From assembly GCF_016703145.1 (NCBI RefSeq), contig NZ_JADJCO010000003.1:317163-381162 (forward strand): a DNA stretch of 64,000 nt. Reading direction: 5' to 3'. The notes under the pieces are model-generated. The model was not told the origin of the DNA. It made no database searches and worked only from the letters and a program-made list of their open reading frames with translations. Position 1 is the first letter of the stretch, and every line of letters begins with the position of its first letter. A program made the translations under genes and the position numbers. Source of the stretch: Ottowia sp. (GTDB lineage Bacteria > Pseudomonadota > Gammaproteobacteria > Burkholderiales > Burkholderiaceae_C). Of this stretch, positions 62,672 through 64,000 are shown in pieces.

Positions 62672-63088
62672 GTGTTTTTCATGTTGCGAACAGCGGCATC
62701 GCATGTTGCCCGGTCGCTTCTGGCGGTGTCGCTGTGTGCAGGCCTGATGGCCGGCACGGGCACGGCTCAGGCGCGCGAAGGGTCCTGGAGCTCGGAGCCC
62801 ACCGTCTCGGTGGTCGACCTGCCCAGGCAGGGGCAGCAGACATACCGTCTGATCCACCTGGGCGGTCCGTTTCCCTACGACAAGGATGGCGCGGTGTTCG
62901 GCAATCGCGAACGGCTGTTGCCGGCCAAGCGGCGGGGCTACTACCGAGAATACACCGTCGAGACCCGAAGGGTGAGCCACCGTGGCGCCCGGCGCATCGT
63001 GTGCGGAGGGTATGAGCGCACGCAGCCCGAGGCCTGCTATTACACCAGCGACCATTATTCGAGCTTCAAGAGGATTGTCGAACGATGA
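62672..63088 (+). CDS. Secreted guanyl-specific ribonuclease (barnase / RNase Sa, N1/T1 family)
   Basis: Signal peptide, then LPRQGQQTYRLIHLGGPFPYDKDGAVFGNRERLLP...YREYTV...RGARRIV...YYTSDHYSSF. Confidence 0.8.
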   Translation: MFFMLRTAASHVARSLLAVSLCAGLMAGTGTAQAREGSWSSEPTVSVVDLPRQGQQTYRLIHLGGPFPYDKDGAVFGNRERLLPAKRRGYYREYTVETRRVSHRGARRIVCGGYERTQPEACYYTSDHYSSFKRIVER

Positions 63089-63588
63089 AAGCGCGCGAAC
63101 AGTTTCAGCCGGTGCAGTCGCCTGCGCCGGACAGGTTATTGACTTCAGAGAGAGCAGCGGAGATGGATCAGCCACTTCGTCAACCCCAGGACACGCCCCT
63201 CAAGGGCGTGCGCAGCAACATCGTGCAGTCCATCCGCGCCTTCCGCGTGCATGACCTGCAGGAGACGGCGGCGCAGCTCGGCCAGCACTTCCTCTACGCC
63301 AATCTGGCGGCGGCGCAGACCAAGCAGGACGTGCTGGACCTGATCGCGCAGCAGTTCACCTTCCCGGCGCACTTCGGCAAGAACTTCGACGCGCTGTACG
63401 ACTGCATGACCGACCCGCTGCACAAGTCGGGCCCGCAGCCGGGCTTCATCGTGGTGCTGGAACAGATCCCGGCCACGGCCAAGTTCGACAAGGAAGCGCG
63501 CGAGCAGCTGCTGGACATCTTCCGCGACGCGGCCGACTACTGGAACGACCGGAAGATACCGTTCAGGTGCTTCTATTCTTTTCGGTAG
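63085..63588 (+). CDS. Barstar-family ribonuclease inhibitor (N-terminally extended)
   Basis: KQDVLDLIAQQFTFPAHFGKNFDALYDCMTD...FIVVLE...FRDAADYW matches the barstar core. The ATG overlaps the RNase stop (ATGA). An alternative start is MDQPL at about 63163. Confidence 0.7.
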   Translation: MKAREQFQPVQSPAPDRLLTSERAAEMDQPLRQPQDTPLKGVRSNIVQSIRAFRVHDLQETAAQLGQHFLYANLAAAQTKQDVLDLIAQQFTFPAHFGKNFDALYDCMTDPLHKSGPQPGFIVVLEQIPATAKFDKEAREQLLDIFRDAADYWNDRKIPFRCFYSFR

Positions 63589-63793
63589 CCCGTTCTGCAC
63601 CCACCGGCCAAGCAGAACGGGCGAACGAGGCCCAGGGCGATGCACAGGCGGACGCCGCCGGCATCGAATCCGGCGAGAAGATGCCGACCGACAAGCTGGT
63701 CGACATCTCGCCGCTGGCGCTGCGCATGAGCAGCCCCTTCAACGCGGGATACTGGCTGAGCGCCGCCTGAAGCGCCGCCGACCGTGTCCGACG

Positions 63794-63820
63794 AAGCCCG
63801 CCTCGCGCGGGCTTTTTCTT
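63794..63820 (+). terminator. Intrinsic terminator
   Basis: AAGCCCGC-CTCGC-GCGGGCTT followed by TTTCTTT. Confidence 0.7.
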
Positions 63821-63851
63821 TAGAGTGCTCCCTCGACCAGCCGAGTCCGCC

Positions 63852-64000
63852 ATGACCGCCGCCACCGCTGAATCACCCGGCACCCCTGCCGAATCGCTAT
63901 CAACTCAAGAGCTGCAATCGCAGATCGTGCGCGGGCTGCAGGCCATTTTGCCCACTGAATCGGTGCTGTGGTCCAGCGAGGAGACCACGCCCTACGAATG
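63852..64000 (+). CDS. 5' end of an FAD-linked oxidase (GlcD/D-lactate-dehydrogenase-like), runs off the window
   Basis: MTAATAESPGTPAESLSTQELQSQIVRGLQAILPTESVLWSSEETTPYE resembles the N-terminal leader of GlcD-type FAD-binding oxidases (..vl...e.l..Ye). Only 49 aa are visible. Confidence 0.4.
   Translation, partial: MTAATAESPGTPAESLSTQELQSQIVRGLQAILPTESVLWSSEETTPYE

Noticed and set aside
63567-63770. A 67-aa ORF (or the 29-aa MPTDKLVDISPLALRMSSPFNAGYWLSAA) between barstar and the terminator.
   Set aside because: It overlaps the barstar 3' end, has a weak RBS and shows no recognisable homology. It is mentioned only as a possibility in the RNase finding.

Overview
This is a high-GC (about two-thirds G+C by eye) chromosomal segment. 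The proteins look betaproteobacterial, Comamonadaceae-like; that taxon call is inference only.

Positions 0-45 kb and 57-64 kb are mostly core genes:
- PBP5/6-type carboxypeptidase, hemJ and hemB
- glcE-glcF
- a sigma54/NtrC-type porin-glnK-amtB operon
- comM and bactofilin
- an Mla/Mce-like ABC transporter
- birA, a SET-domain protein, and a divergently transcribed topB that carries a SWIB domain
- slyD, trmO-yaeQ, purB and maeB
- a barnase/barstar pair

Positions 45.2-57.1 kb are an accessory type I R-M island, ordered hsdM-hsdS ... hsdR on the minus strand. It is visibly decaying. hsdS is split by a degenerate IS256-family copy and a degenerate IS30-family copy, each with target-site duplications. 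hsdR carries an in-frame insertion of a host repeat. The island still holds intact cargo between hsdS and hsdR:
- a Fic protein, plus a fragment of a second Fic gene
- an AT-richer cassette: an 80-aa single-TM ORF translationally coupled to hsdS (ATGA overlap), followed by a 337-aa protein with a TIR domain, a beta-sandwich and an unassigned C-terminal region

This cassette is my best candidate for an undescribed defence module.

Other notable points:
- A ~60-70 bp dispersed repeat family has at least 17 copies in 64 kb, some inside ORFs.
- A promoter-to-terminator ~99-nt candidate sRNA sits between crp and hemB.
- A hairpin displays a pure GGA/GGGA purine loop.
- A PspA-less SPFH-SHOCT / DUF4178 / DUF350 cluster appears separated from its spermidine-synthase-like and FAD-oxidase partners by the TonB-receptor gene and the R-M island.
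- A second IS256-family copy splits a CheB-CheR-PAS gene.
- Several genes are frameshifted (corA-like, TonB receptor, FAD oxidoreductase, all transposases).

I saw no rRNA, tRNA or CRISPR array. All coordinates were derived by hand from the ORF track and the sequence, so short-feature boundaries may be off by 1-3 nt.
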